Source: an uncultured delta proteobacterium
Lineage (GTDB): Bacteria; Desulfobacterota; Binatia; UBA9968
Assembly: GCA_963727625.1 (NCBI GenBank)
Contig: CAVSHR010000014.1
Span: 1-64,000, forward strand
Direction of reading: 5' to 3'
DNA length: 64,000 nt
Below are positions 7,521 to 17,599 of this stretch, piece after piece. Under the pieces are notes generated by a model. It ran no database searches. It saw nothing but the letters and a program-made list of their open reading frames with translations, and had not been told where the DNA came from. Within the stretch, counting starts at the first letter, position 1; the number at the start of each line of letters is the position of its first letter. Made by a program: the position numbers and the translations under genes.

Positions 7521-8870
7521 TCAGAGAACAACGGGTTTCTTGACGAGGCTTTCGGTAACGAAAGGAAAATTGTACGCGAGCCAGGCGTCGATCCCGCCTT
7601 CGAGCGGGCGAACCCTGGTGATTCCTTTGGCTCGCAGCAGCAGCGCCACACGGGCGCTGGTCGCTTCGTTGGGTCACGAACAGTAGAGAACGACGTCGCG
7701 ATCCCGGGGAATCTCTGCGTGGCGCTCTTCGATCTCTTCCATAGCTATACGAAGCGCACCGGGGATCATCTGAGGGAACGCCTCGATATCCATGGTCTGG
7801 CGCAAGTCCACGATGGAGAGGTTTTCTCCGGCGGTGAGCTTGTCCATGAGTTCCTTCGGCGTGATGCGCGCAATCCGCAGCCGGCGAAGAAAGCGTTGGC
7901 GCTGGATGAACTTCCACAAAACATAAGCTGCCAAACCACCGGCTAGGACCGCGACCAGCCAACCGCCCCAGCGCAGTGCGATCCGCTCGAGTTGATCGCC
8001 GAGAATCAAGCCCAAGCTCGTGACGCTGACGACCCAGAACAATGCGCCCAGGGAAGCGAAGATCAGGAAACGTCGCACGGGCATGCGAAAGACTCCCGCT
8101 AGAGACGATGCCGCGGTATTCAGGCCGGGTATAAATTTGGCGACGAGCAAAGAACGGGCGCCATGCCGGATGAAAAGGTTCTCGGTCCGCCGCACGCAGG
8201 AGTCAGGTTCGAGGGAAATGCGGCACAGTAGCTTCAGTATGCGGCCGCCGCGGTAACGGCCTAGGAAGTACCAGAACAGGTCGGCCAAAATAACCGCGAC
8301 GAACGGCAACGCCAGCGCGAACGTCAAATTCATTTTACCGGCACGGGCCAGCGCGCCGGCCGCGATCAACAGAGGACCAGCCGGGATAGGCAGACCCAGC
8401 TGTTCGAGCAGCACCCAGCCGAACAAGACAGTGTAGCCGTGCCTGATCAGGAAATCGGCCGCTTGGTCCAGACTCAAGGAACTGGCCGCCTCGGGCAAAA
8501 CGCTCGCAAAAAAGAAACTAAGGACAGTCAATATCAGCGCCGCAAGCGCCGATTCGACATAGATCCGACGAGCCTGGGAGCGGAGCCGTTTCTCGGCGCC
8601 TTCGTCGCCGACCGGCTCTTCGGTGCCGTTCATCTTGCGCGCGCCGCGCGCGGCCAAAGCGACTCAGGTCTTTTTGCGCGCCTGGGAGAGAGCGAGAGTT
8701 CCTATCCAGAACGGCAGAAATAGCGCCGCATACCATCCGTGGCTTACATCTGCATGCGCGAAGACGACCGCCAGGACGACGCCCACGGCGAGCATGGCGA
8801 CACCCATGAGCAAACGCTTACGGATCTCCTTCGGCCCGATATTGGCGAGCTCTGCTTTTCCGCCGTTCAT
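7521..8870 (-). CDS. Membrane protein-DedA/VTT-rhodanese fusion with two in-frame UGA (probable selenocysteine) codons, 449 aa
   Basis: ORFs 8664-8870 and 7674-8657 and the tail to 7521 share one frame: QARKKT-U-VALAARG and VVLYCS-U-PNEATSARVA...RPLEGGIDAW; DedA motifs EQLGLPIP and AKFIPG. Confidence 0.85.
7641..7659 (-). promoter_or_regulatory. SECIS-like hairpin for UGA 7674-7676
   Basis: CAGCGCC-cgugu-GGCGCUG; loop starts 21 nt after the UGA; the stem is conserved in the copy at 5220-5238. Confidence 0.6.
8637..8651 (-). promoter_or_regulatory. SECIS-like hairpin for UGA 8664-8666
   Basis: GCGCGC-ggc-GCGCGC; loop starts with G, 18 nt after the UGA. Confidence 0.5.
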
Positions 8871-9087
8871 CGAAGGCCATCGGTACTTTTCTTCATTTTT
8901 TCGATCTCCGCTCAGGTTTCACCTTTAATAGCCGACATTCGCACATCCGGCTAGAGTGCGCTGCAGCCGCGGCAGAGATTTGCGGTTCGTGAACTGACTG
9001 CTAGTGTATGATGTGATTCTCGGTGAGTTCTAGAGATGAATTCCGACCGCGTTACTTTGCAGGGAAAAGCCCTGCCCGAGTCAGACG

Positions 9088-10959
9088 ATGTCCGCTGATC
9101 TGAGCAGTTTGGAAAAGGCCCGGCTGCTGGTCTCTACCAAGTTTTCCGAGGATGAACGCGCCCGCGGCTCGATGGAACGCGGCGCGGAAGCGGCTGAGCT
9201 CCTCGGTAAACTCGGAATGGATGCCGAGACCCGCGCAGTCGCCCTGCTGCTTCCCCTGGTCGACGAGGGCGCGCTCGATCCGGCGGCGATTGAGAAAGGC
9301 ATCGGCGTTCAAGTGGCCCGCCTGATCCGAGGGGCTCTTCGCATCACCAGCCTTAAAGATCTGCGCAAAACCGCAACCGAGACTCTCCAGGCCCATCGTC
9401 TGCGACAGATGCTTTTGACGATCGCGGAGGACCCACGGGTTGTGCTGGTGAGCCTGGCGCACCAGGTCTGTGCTCTGCGCGCCGCCGGGAACGCCGAGGA
9501 ACAGACGCGACGCACCGCCAGCCAGGAAGCCCTCGAGGTCTTCGCGCCGCTCGCAAACCGGTTGGGCGTGTGGCAGCTCAAACAGGAGCTCGAAGACCTC
9601 GCTTTTCGTTACTTGGAGCCGGACATCTATCGGCGCATCGCCGACGGCCTCGACCAGCGGCACGCGGACCGCGGGCGTTACATCGCGCAGGTGGTCGCGC
9701 GCTTGCGCGAAGAATTGAATCGCGCCGGTATCAGCGCCGAGATCAGCGGCCGCCCCAAGCATGTTTACAGCGTCTGGAACAAGATGCGCGAGAAGAGCCT
9801 CGACTTGAGCAAGGTCTTCGATGTCCTCGGTTTTCGCATCCTGGTAAACGACGTAAGCGGCTGTTACGCGGCGCTGGGCGTGGTGCACGGGCTGTGGGAG
9901 CCGATCCTGGATGCGTTCGACGACTACATCGCCAAACCCAAACCCAATGGCTACCAGTCGCTGCACTCGGCGGTGATCGGTCCGGAGGGAGTAACCATGG
10001 AGGTGCAAATCCGCACCTTCGACATGCACCGCCACGCCGACCTGGGGGTGGCGGCCCACTGGCAGTACAAGGAAGGTCTGCAGACGCGCATCGCATGGTC
10101 GCGCAGCTTTCTCGAAAGCGCGAAGAGCGCGACGGACGACTCCGATCTTATCGAGCGCTTCAAGCAAGCGGCTTTCCACGATCGGATCTACGTGCTCACG
10201 CCGCAGGGTCAGATCATAGATCTCCCGGCCGAGGCCACGCCGCTCGACTTCGCCTATGCGGTTCATACCCAGGTGGGGCACCGCTGCCGCGGCGCCAAGC
10301 TCGACGGGGTTATGGTCCCGCTTACGAAACCCCTCGCGAGCGGCCAACAAGTCGAGATCCTGACGGCGCGGGAGGGCCACCCGAGCCGCGACTGGCTGAA
10401 TCCTAGCCTGGGCTACCTCAAAACCGCCTCTGCGCGCGCGAAGGTCCGTCGCTGGCTCAAGCAGCTGGATCATGAAGCTCATGTCGCCCAGGGCCGGGCA
10501 GTCCTGGAGCGTGAGCACCGGCGCCTGGGTCTCGGCGAGATCAACATTGCCGAACTCGCCAAACGCTTCAAAATGCGGCGGCCCGAGGAGCTGCTGGCGG
10601 CGCTCGGGCGCGGCGACATCGGCACGGCGCGGCTCGGCCAGGCGCTCGGCGTCGAGTTGCCCGCTCAAGCGCCGAGCACGGCGGCATCATTGCCGGCGGC
10701 GCGGGGCAACTTGCTGGTGCACGGTGCCAGCGACGTTCTGACCAAGATTGCCGGTTGTTGCAGGCCCGTGCCGGGCGACCCCATCGGCGGCTACGTCACC
10801 GCCCAGGGAGGCGGCATCTCGATTCACCGCCTCGATTGTCCGAATCTGGAGCGGCTTGCGGCGCTACGACCTCGCAAGCTGATGCAGGTTGCGTGGGGAG
10901 AAACCAGCGCGCAGCGCCATACCGCGGAAGCAATGAAGCGAAAAGCGAATGCGGATTGA
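9088..10959 (+). CDS. relA: (p)ppGpp synthetase RelA, lacking the C-terminal ACT domain
   Basis: APLANRLG, ELEDLAF, GRPKHVYS, KPNGYQSLH, EVQIRT, TGS TPLDFAY, CCRPVPGD; the HD motif is degenerate. Confidence 0.9.
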   Translation: MSADLSSLEKARLLVSTKFSEDERARGSMERGAEAAELLGKLGMDAETRAVALLLPLVDEGALDPAAIEKGIGVQVARLIRGALRITSLKDLRKTATETLQAHRLRQMLLTIAEDPRVVLVSLAHQVCALRAAGNAEEQTRRTASQEALEVFAPLANRLGVWQLKQELEDLAFRYLEPDIYRRIADGLDQRHADRGRYIAQVVARLREELNRAGISAEISGRPKHVYSVWNKMREKSLDLSKVFDVLGFRILVNDVSGCYAALGVVHGLWEPILDAFDDYIAKPKPNGYQSLHSAVIGPEGVTMEVQIRTFDMHRHADLGVAAHWQYKEGLQTRIAWSRSFLESAKSATDDSDLIERFKQAAFHDRIYVLTPQGQIIDLPAEATPLDFAYAVHTQVGHRCRGAKLDGVMVPLTKPLASGQQVEILTAREGHPSRDWLNPSLGYLKTASARAKVRRWLKQLDHEAHVAQGRAVLEREHRRLGLGEINIAELAKRFKMRRPEELLAALGRGDIGTARLGQALGVELPAQAPSTAASLPAARGNLLVHGASDVLTKIAGCCRPVPGDPIGGYVTAQGGGISIHRLDCPNLERLAALRPRKLMQVAWGETSAQRHTAEAMKRKANAD

Positions 10960-10971
10960 CGCTAGAGTTTA

Positions 10972-11077
10972 CGCGTTCAAAACATTCAAGCCGTTCCACC
11001 GCTGCGCTCAGCTATAAACGAAGCCCGTTCCAAACGTTCCACCGCTGCGCTCCGTTCCAGTCGTTCCAATCGTTCGA
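10972..11077 (+). repeat. Intergenic CGTTCxA short-unit repeat element
   Basis: Repeated cgttcaa/cgttcca units with two copies of cgttccaccgctgcgctc. Confidence 0.7.
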
Positions 11078-11079
11078 CG

Positions 11080-11575
11080 GTGGGTGAAAGCATAACCAGG
11101 GCCGGCGGCGTGGTCGATAAATTCATCGGTGACGGCGTCATGGCGCTATTCGGCGTCGAGAGCGGGCTCCAAGCGGGCTGCAGGGAAGCGTTGGCCGCTG
11201 CGATGGGGCATGGTCGAGCAAGTCAAAGGACTCAGCCTAGCGCTCGCCGACGAGCTCGCCGAACCGCTCAAGATCGGCATCGGGATTCACCGTGGGCCGG
11301 TGGTGGTGGGCCGAATGGGCTACGGCGCAACGGTTCATCTCACCGCCATCGGCGATACGGTGAACGTGGCAAGCCGGCTGCAAGATTTGACTAAGGAATA
11401 CGCTTGTCCGTTGGTCATATCGGAAGAAGTCGCCATTCGGGCGGGACTGCGAGTGACCGGCTTGCCGCGGCACGCGACCACGGTGCGAACTCGCCGCGAA
11501 GCGCTGGCGATTTTCGTCATCGATGATTTGGGCAAACTGGTGTTTGCCGGCGACACTGTTGGAGAAAGATTTTAA
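11080..11575 (+). pseudogene. Class III adenylate/guanylate cyclase C-terminal fragment
   Basis: VDKFIGDGVMALFG, IGIHRGPVVVG, TAIGDTVNVASRLQ; 5' part is missing and there is a frameshift near 11205. Confidence 0.8.
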
Positions 11576-11630
11576 GGTCTCCGCCGGTACTGGAGTTTTG
11601 ATTTTGACTCTGCGCTCGTCGCCAGCTTTT

Positions 11631-12122
11631 TTAATGGTGAGCTGACTGCTGCCAGTCCTTCAGTATTTGGTTCAGCTGCTCGCGGATCTCAACTTCGCTT
11701 TTAGTCACATCCATCGGTTTGCCGAAGGGCTGGGGCACGTCGACGCCGCTCGGCCAGTAAACTTCGACGGAATTGCCGTCGGGGTCCTGGGCGTAAACGC
11801 TGACCGTGTTGCCGTGGCTGACCACGCGGTTGATCGGGACATGGTTATTGACGAAGATTGTGTAGAAATCTTTCACGTCTTTGAGGGTTGCGCAGCGAAA
11901 CGATATCTGTTGAATCACGTTTACATCGCCTTCGTCATTGCGCCCCGGCGCGAGTAGAAGCTCATGATGTTCCAGCGTGCGCTCCTGCGCGGTCATGAAA
12001 ACTCCGCCGCGCGGGCTGCGGTCGCTAACTTGCAAGCCGAGGATGTCGCGGTAAAAGGCAACCGAGCGCTCGATGTCGCGAACGTAAACGCCTACGTGAC
12101 CCAGCGAACTGACTTTCGGCAT
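11631..12122 (-). CDS. VOC/glyoxalase family protein
   Basis: LGHVGVYVRDIERSVAFYRDILG; YAQDPDGNSVEVY. Confidence 0.9.
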   Translation of the reverse strand: MPKVSSLGHVGVYVRDIERSVAFYRDILGLQVSDRSPRGGVFMTAQERTLEHHELLLAPGRNDEGDVNVIQQISFRCATLKDVKDFYTIFVNNHVPINRVVSHGNTVSVYAQDPDGNSVEVYWPSGVDVPQPFGKPMDVTKSEVEIREQLNQILKDWQQSAHH

Positions 12123-12239
12123 AGGACCTCCTTCGGACGGGCGGATTGTTAAATTTTTGCAGCGGCGCTGTCAATGCTTGCGTCGTTAGACATTTTGCTG
12201 CTCGAATCCAGGCAAACTCAAGGGCCGAGCGGTGAGCGC

Positions 12240-13874
12240 TTAACGGCGCAGCACGCGTGCGAATCTGCCGGCGACGGCGTTGACCGCCTCGGGCAATTCT
12301 TCGATTCTAAAGAATCGGCAACCAAAGTAAAAGACGATCGCCGCCAAACCGATGGAGGCGATCACTTGGACGAGATGAACCCACAGGCCGCGCAGCGGCA
12401 GCACGCCGGCCAATTCACTGGTGAACCACGCTGTCGCTGCCATCGGCAAAGATGCGGCGCAAATGCGCAGGACGGTTTTCCCGAGCCTTCGACCTTCGAG
12501 CCGTTGCAGCCGGCGGCGCATCAAAAGCGCCAGCAGTAAGAAATTGACCAGCGCCACCGTGGAGGTAGAAAAAGCCAAGCCCACATGGCCGAAGGGGCCG
12601 ACCAGCAGGGTGTTCATGACGTAATTGACCGCGATGGAGCCCAGGCTGATCAGCATTGGCGTGCGCGCGTCGTTGAGCGCGTAAAACGCCGGCGAGAGCA
12701 CTTTGACAGCAGCGTAGCCGGCCAGGCCGATCGCATAGGCGGCCAAGGCGTTGGCCGTCTGCACCGTGTCGAAGCTGGTGAATTTGCCATGCTCGAACAC
12801 GAGCGCGACAATCGGCCGGCCCATGACCGCCAGCCCGATCGCCGACGGAATGCACAGGAGAAACACCAGCGCCAGGGAGTGGGTCAGCGTTTGGCGAAAT
12901 TCGTCATAATTGGGATTCGCCGTGCTGCGCGATAACGATGGCAGCGTCGCCGTGGCGATGGCGACGCCGAAGACGCCGATGGGAAATTGCATGAAACGAA
13001 AGGCGAAGCTCAGCCACGAAACCGGACCATTGAGTACGGTGCCGGTCGCCGGGTCGATGATTGCCGAGGCAAAGTTAGTATTTACAAAAACATTGATCTG
13101 CACGGCGGCGGTGCCGATGATCGCCGGTCCCATCAGCCGCAAGATCTGGCGCACACCGGGATCGCTCAAATTAAAATCCGGTCGATAACGAACGCCGCGG
13201 TGCCACAAGCTTGGCCACTGGACCGCCAGCTGCAAGCAGCCGCCGACCAGCGTGCCGTAAGCCATTCCGGCGATGGGCGTGAGTCCGATCATCGGACCGA
13301 AGGAAAAGCCGAGAAGCAGGCCGCCGAGGATCGAGCCGACGTTAAAAAATGCCGAGGCCAGGGCGGGCAGGCCGAAAACATTAAACGTATTCAACATGCC
13401 CATCGCCTGCGCCGCCAGCGCGATCAGCAACAGAAACGGGATCATGATTCGGGTCAAACTGATGGTCAGCTCCGCTTTGCCGGGAATGTCGAAAAATCCC
13501 GGCGCGAGCAGACGCACGATCGCCGGCGCATAGAGCCAAGCCAAGACGGCAATGACGCTGATGCTGATCATGATCAAGGTGGCAACGCGGTTCGACAGTC
13601 GAATCGCCGCCTCTTTGCCTTTGCTTTGCAGCGTTTGCGAAAACGTGGTGACGAAGGCGGCGGACAGCGCGCCTTCGGCAAACAGGTCACGGAGCAAATT
13701 GGGAATTCTAAACGCTGTCAGAAAGGCGTCGTACTGCAACCCGGCGCCGAAAAGCGCGGCGAATACCTGGTCGCGCACCAGGCCGAGGACCCGGCTGGCC
13801 ATGACGGCAAGACTGATAATCCCCGCGTTGCGCGCCACGTTTGCGCGCGCCTGTTGCGTCGTGTTTTCGTCCAT
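12240..13874 (-). CDS. murJ: Lipid II flippase MurJ
   Basis: SRVLGLVRD, AFRIPNLLRDLFAEGALSAAFV, QFPIGVFG. Confidence 0.95.
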   Translation of the reverse strand: MDENTTQQARANVARNAGIISLAVMASRVLGLVRDQVFAALFGAGLQYDAFLTAFRIPNLLRDLFAEGALSAAFVTTFSQTLQSKGKEAAIRLSNRVATLIMISISVIAVLAWLYAPAIVRLLAPGFFDIPGKAELTISLTRIMIPFLLLIALAAQAMGMLNTFNVFGLPALASAFFNVGSILGGLLLGFSFGPMIGLTPIAGMAYGTLVGGCLQLAVQWPSLWHRGVRYRPDFNLSDPGVRQILRLMGPAIIGTAAVQINVFVNTNFASAIIDPATGTVLNGPVSWLSFAFRFMQFPIGVFGVAIATATLPSLSRSTANPNYDEFRQTLTHSLALVFLLCIPSAIGLAVMGRPIVALVFEHGKFTSFDTVQTANALAAYAIGLAGYAAVKVLSPAFYALNDARTPMLISLGSIAVNYVMNTLLVGPFGHVGLAFSTSTVALVNFLLLALLMRRRLQRLEGRRLGKTVLRICAASLPMAATAWFTSELAGVLPLRGLWVHLVQVIASIGLAAIVFYFGCRFFRIEELPEAVNAVAGRFARVLRR

Positions 13875-14027
13875 AGCTTGCGGCGTCAGTGGATAACCCG
13901 TAGCACGAAAAACATTGGCCGTCGACGCGCACCCGGCTGCGAGATCGCTTTTGTCCTGGCCAGAGCCGCGAGGCTTTGTTAGAAGAATTGGGAGCAATAC
14001 TTATCGACAGTTCTTTTAGGAGGGATT

Positions 14028-15380
14028 ATGGACGTGACGGCAAAGATCGCCCGTTTCGCAACCGAGTTGAAGTTCGACAGCGTTCCGGCAGCGGCGGTGC
14101 AAACGACCAGGACCGCCGTGCGCGATTGCCTCGGCGTGGCACTTGCCGGCAGCCGGGAAGAGGACGCCAAAATCTGCGCCGCCATCGCCCGCCAGGAAAA
14201 TGCCAAAGCGGAAACCACCGTGATCGGTCAAGGTTTCAAAACTTCCGCGTTGAACGCCGCGCTCGCCAACGGCGCGGCGGCGCACGCGCTCGATTTCGAC
14301 CATAGCTTTACTTTGATGGGCCAGCCCACCGCGCCCATCGTGCCCGCGGTCTTCGCCCTCGGCGAAGCGCTCGGCGCCGGCGGGCGGCGGTTGATCGAAG
14401 CCTACGTCGTCGGGTACGAGGTGACCGCCAAGCTGGCGCATTCCCTGCGCGATAGCGCCCATGACGGCTGGCACGCGCCGAGCACTTTGGGTTCCTTTGG
14501 CGCCGCCGCGGCCTGCGGCAAGCTGCTTGGCTTGAGCGCGGCGCAAACCGAAATGGCGCTCGGCATCGCCGCTTCGATGGCGAGCGGGGTCGTGGCCAAC
14601 TTCGGCACCATGACCAAGCCACTCCATACCGGCCTCGGCGCCCGCAACGGCGTGCTGGCGGCCAAACTGGCGCAGGGCGGTTTCACGGCCAACGCCAAAG
14701 CCATCGAAGCCAACGGCGGCTTTTATCAGATCTATCATCCGGGCACGGCGATCAACGAGGCGGCGATCGATGAGCTCGGTCAGTCCTTCGCGCTCCTGAC
14801 CGATGGCCTGAGAATCAAGCCCTATCCTTGCGGCGGTCTCACCCATCAAGTGATCGATTCGGTGCTCGAGTTCAGAGCCAAACATGGCCTCACGGCCGAG
14901 ATGATCGAAGCGGTCGACGTCGACGTGGTCAAACACACCTTCGATCGCATCGTCTTCCGCGTGCCGCAAACCGGCATCCAGGGGAAATTCTGCATGCCCT
15001 ATTTGGTCGCGCGGGCGATCATTGACGGCAAAGTCGGCATCGACGCGTTCACCGACCAGGCGGTGCGCGATGCCGATGTCCTAAAGCTCGCCGCAAGAGT
15101 TGAGATGCGGCTCGAGCCGAACTTGAAGAAGTCCGACGCGGCGGGGCGCCCCTGCCGGGTGACGATTCGTTTGAAAGGTGGAAAGACTTTCTCCCGCGAG
15201 GCGCAACATGCCAAAGGCGGCCCGGAGTTTCCGCTGACCGAAGCGGAGCTGAACGCAAAATTCTTCGAGTGCGCCCGGCACGCGATCCCGGCGGAAACCG
15301 CCCAGAACGCGTTGGATCATATCCAAAAATTAGAAACTCTCGATGACGTCCGCCCGCTTTGCGAACTGATCCGAGGTTAG
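14028..15380 (+). CDS. MmgE/PrpD family protein
   Basis: AHALDFD, GTMTKPLHTG, IKPYPCG. Confidence 0.9.
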   Translation: MDVTAKIARFATELKFDSVPAAAVQTTRTAVRDCLGVALAGSREEDAKICAAIARQENAKAETTVIGQGFKTSALNAALANGAAAHALDFDHSFTLMGQPTAPIVPAVFALGEALGAGGRRLIEAYVVGYEVTAKLAHSLRDSAHDGWHAPSTLGSFGAAAACGKLLGLSAAQTEMALGIAASMASGVVANFGTMTKPLHTGLGARNGVLAAKLAQGGFTANAKAIEANGGFYQIYHPGTAINEAAIDELGQSFALLTDGLRIKPYPCGGLTHQVIDSVLEFRAKHGLTAEMIEAVDVDVVKHTFDRIVFRVPQTGIQGKFCMPYLVARAIIDGKVGIDAFTDQAVRDADVLKLAARVEMRLEPNLKKSDAAGRPCRVTIRLKGGKTFSREAQHAKGGPEFPLTEAELNAKFFECARHAIPAETAQNALDHIQKLETLDDVRPLCELIRG

Positions 15381-15394
15381 CAGGCCGCAAGGGG

Positions 15395-15791
15395 TTACGG
15401 ATGCCAAGATCTTTTGCCCGTTAGCTCCTTAAGGCTGCTGTACTCCGGCCGCACCATGAGCCACTGCAAAACTTTGTCATTGACCGCCATCACTGTCTTG
15501 AGCGGCGCATTGCCTTTGGTGACCGCGATCAAGGCGCCGCTGCCGGAGCCGGTAAACTGCGAGCCGCCGGCCAACATCGATTGGATGCCTGCGGTCGATT
15601 GCATAAAGGCGACGTTGAGGTCGATGCCTTCCTCGCTCATGTAGCCGAGTTCCTTGGCGATGGGGAAGATCGCGAATTGGAACGACTTCGACGGCAAAGC
15701 CCCCCGTGATGGTTTCGAGAGCGAAGGCGCTCGGCAAAGGCAACAATAAACCGCCGAGCAAAATCAGCGAGCAAAGTTTTCGGCGCATCAT
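15395..15791 (-). pseudogene. NitT/TauT-type ABC substrate-binding protein, 3' truncated and frameshifted
   Basis: Signal peptide MMRRKL...AFA; AKELGYMSEEGID; ends after SLKELTGK. Confidence 0.7.
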
Positions 15792-16127
15792 GATGGACCG
15801 CCTGGAGGCCAGTGTTATGAAATTTGCTGGCAAGGTTTAGACTTTTGTCGAACCGCCTTGAAATCGAAATCAGACGGCGGGCTTTTTCTAAGTCTACCCC
15901 TTTTGAGGAATTCTCCGGCTCAGTCAGCCGCGCGGGCGAAGCCGGCCAGCAATTATTTTTCCTTTGTGATATTTATGTGTTTACCGAATGGTCGAGCCTG
16001 TTTGCCAGCAAATCGCAATTGAAGCTATAAGCATACCTGGCGCTTGCTCCGACGGGTTATCGGTTCCGCGCTATCCCTCGGGGCTCAACCCTTCAAGACG
16101 AATATTTGGAGCGGAGGTTTATTCCGT

Positions 16128-17564
16128 ATGCCCATTAGAAAAGGGGCTGACTACATACGGGCGTTGCGCGACGGCCGCGAGGTCTGGCACGCCGGGCGGC
16201 GCATCGCCGACGTGACCGCTCATTCCGGCTTTACCGGCACGATCAAAACCCTGGCCGACCTGTACGACAAGCAACATGAGTCCGAGTACCAAGACATCAT
16301 GACGTTCGCACGCGACGGCGAGCGCATTTCGTACAGCTATCTGCCGCCGCGCAACGCCGAGCAGTTGGCGCTCAAGCGCCGCAACATCGAGTTCTGGGCG
16401 GAGCAGACCTTCGGCCAGATGGGGCGATATCCCGAATTCGTCGCTGAGCTGGTGATCGGGTTGCTCGACTGGACCCACGTGATCGAACAGACCAACAAAC
16501 AGTGGGCGGAAAACGTTCGCGCCTATTACCGCTACGTGAGCCAAAACGATCTCTGTCTGACCCACGCCTTGACCGATCAGTATTATGACCGGACCAAGCG
16601 CGTCAGCGAGCAGGAAGATCCCGATCTGATATTGCACGTCGTCGGCGAGAGCAAAGCCGGACCGGTCCTACGCGGGTTACGCACGCTGGCGACTCTCGCT
16701 CCGATATCCGATGAAGTTTTGGTCTATCCCAACCGGCCGCGCGACCCCGATGAGCCGGACTACGCCATCGCCTTTGCGATCCCTATGAACACGCCCGGTC
16801 TGAAAATCCTCTGCCGCGATCTTTACGCTGACAATGCCGATCCCGAGCGCTACCCGTTGACGACGCGTTTCGATGAAGTCGACGCGGCGTTGATCTTCGA
16901 CGATGTCGTGGTGCCGTGGGAGCGGCTCTTCGTCTACAAAGATCCGAAGCTGCTCAGCGGCATTCGCTACATTCACACCTGGGGCCAGTACTCGACGATG
17001 CTTAGGTTGGTCACGAAGTTAGAAGGCTTCTTGGGGGTGGCCCAGTTGTTGACGCAGTATGCTAAGCGGCAGAGTACCGCCGCGTCGCAGCTATTGTTGT
17101 CATCTTTGATGCAGGATATTGAGATCTTACGCTCGTGTCTTCGGGACGGTGAGTTGCGCGGCTACGTGAGCCCGGGTGGCACTTGGGCGCCGCTCTTGAG
17201 CGCTGCTTATCGCGTTCATAGTATCGAAGCTTCGGATCGCGCCGAACGCACCCTGGAAGGTTTGTTGACCAGCACGCTGATGTTGAGCGGCGGAGCATCC
17301 GATCTGGCTAACGGCGAGATCGGTCCCTTCGTCGAACGCTACTTTCGTGGCGGCGCGCCGAACACCAAGGAGCATTTGCGCTTAATGGCGGTGGCCGCTG
17401 ACATGGTCATGAGCCGGTTCGGCAAACGCAGCCAGCTCTACGAACGGCTGCAGAGCGGCGAGGTCGACCGCATGCGCCAGCGGCTCTACGCGCAGTACAA
17501 AGATCCCGCGCCGGCCGAGCGCATGCTCAGATTCGTCAAGGGGCTCGACGCTGACCGTCGGTAG
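16128..17564 (+). CDS. 4-hydroxyphenylacetate 3-hydroxylase (HpaB)-family flavin monooxygenase
   Basis: YIRALRDGREVW, MGRYPEF, IPMNTPGLKILCR, RFDEVDA...FDDVVVPWER. Confidence 0.9.
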   Translation: MPIRKGADYIRALRDGREVWHAGRRIADVTAHSGFTGTIKTLADLYDKQHESEYQDIMTFARDGERISYSYLPPRNAEQLALKRRNIEFWAEQTFGQMGRYPEFVAELVIGLLDWTHVIEQTNKQWAENVRAYYRYVSQNDLCLTHALTDQYYDRTKRVSEQEDPDLILHVVGESKAGPVLRGLRTLATLAPISDEVLVYPNRPRDPDEPDYAIAFAIPMNTPGLKILCRDLYADNADPERYPLTTRFDEVDAALIFDDVVVPWERLFVYKDPKLLSGIRYIHTWGQYSTMLRLVTKLEGFLGVAQLLTQYAKRQSTAASQLLLSSLMQDIEILRSCLRDGELRGYVSPGGTWAPLLSAAYRVHSIEASDRAERTLEGLLTSTLMLSGGASDLANGEIGPFVERYFRGGAPNTKEHLRLMAVAADMVMSRFGKRSQLYERLQSGEVDRMRQRLYAQYKDPAPAERMLRFVKGLDADRR

Positions 17565-17599
17565 AGACTAAAGTAATTTGTATTTTTCCCGGAGTATTT

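Noticed and set aside
9052-10668. 538-aa antisense ORF, and similar long shadows over murJ, ubiD, floA and ftsH
   Set aside because: These are high-GC antisense shadows of well-supported genes.
10972-11077. Possible CRISPR array
   Set aside because: The units are about 9 nt with only two longer copies, there are no unique spacers, and no cas genes are present.
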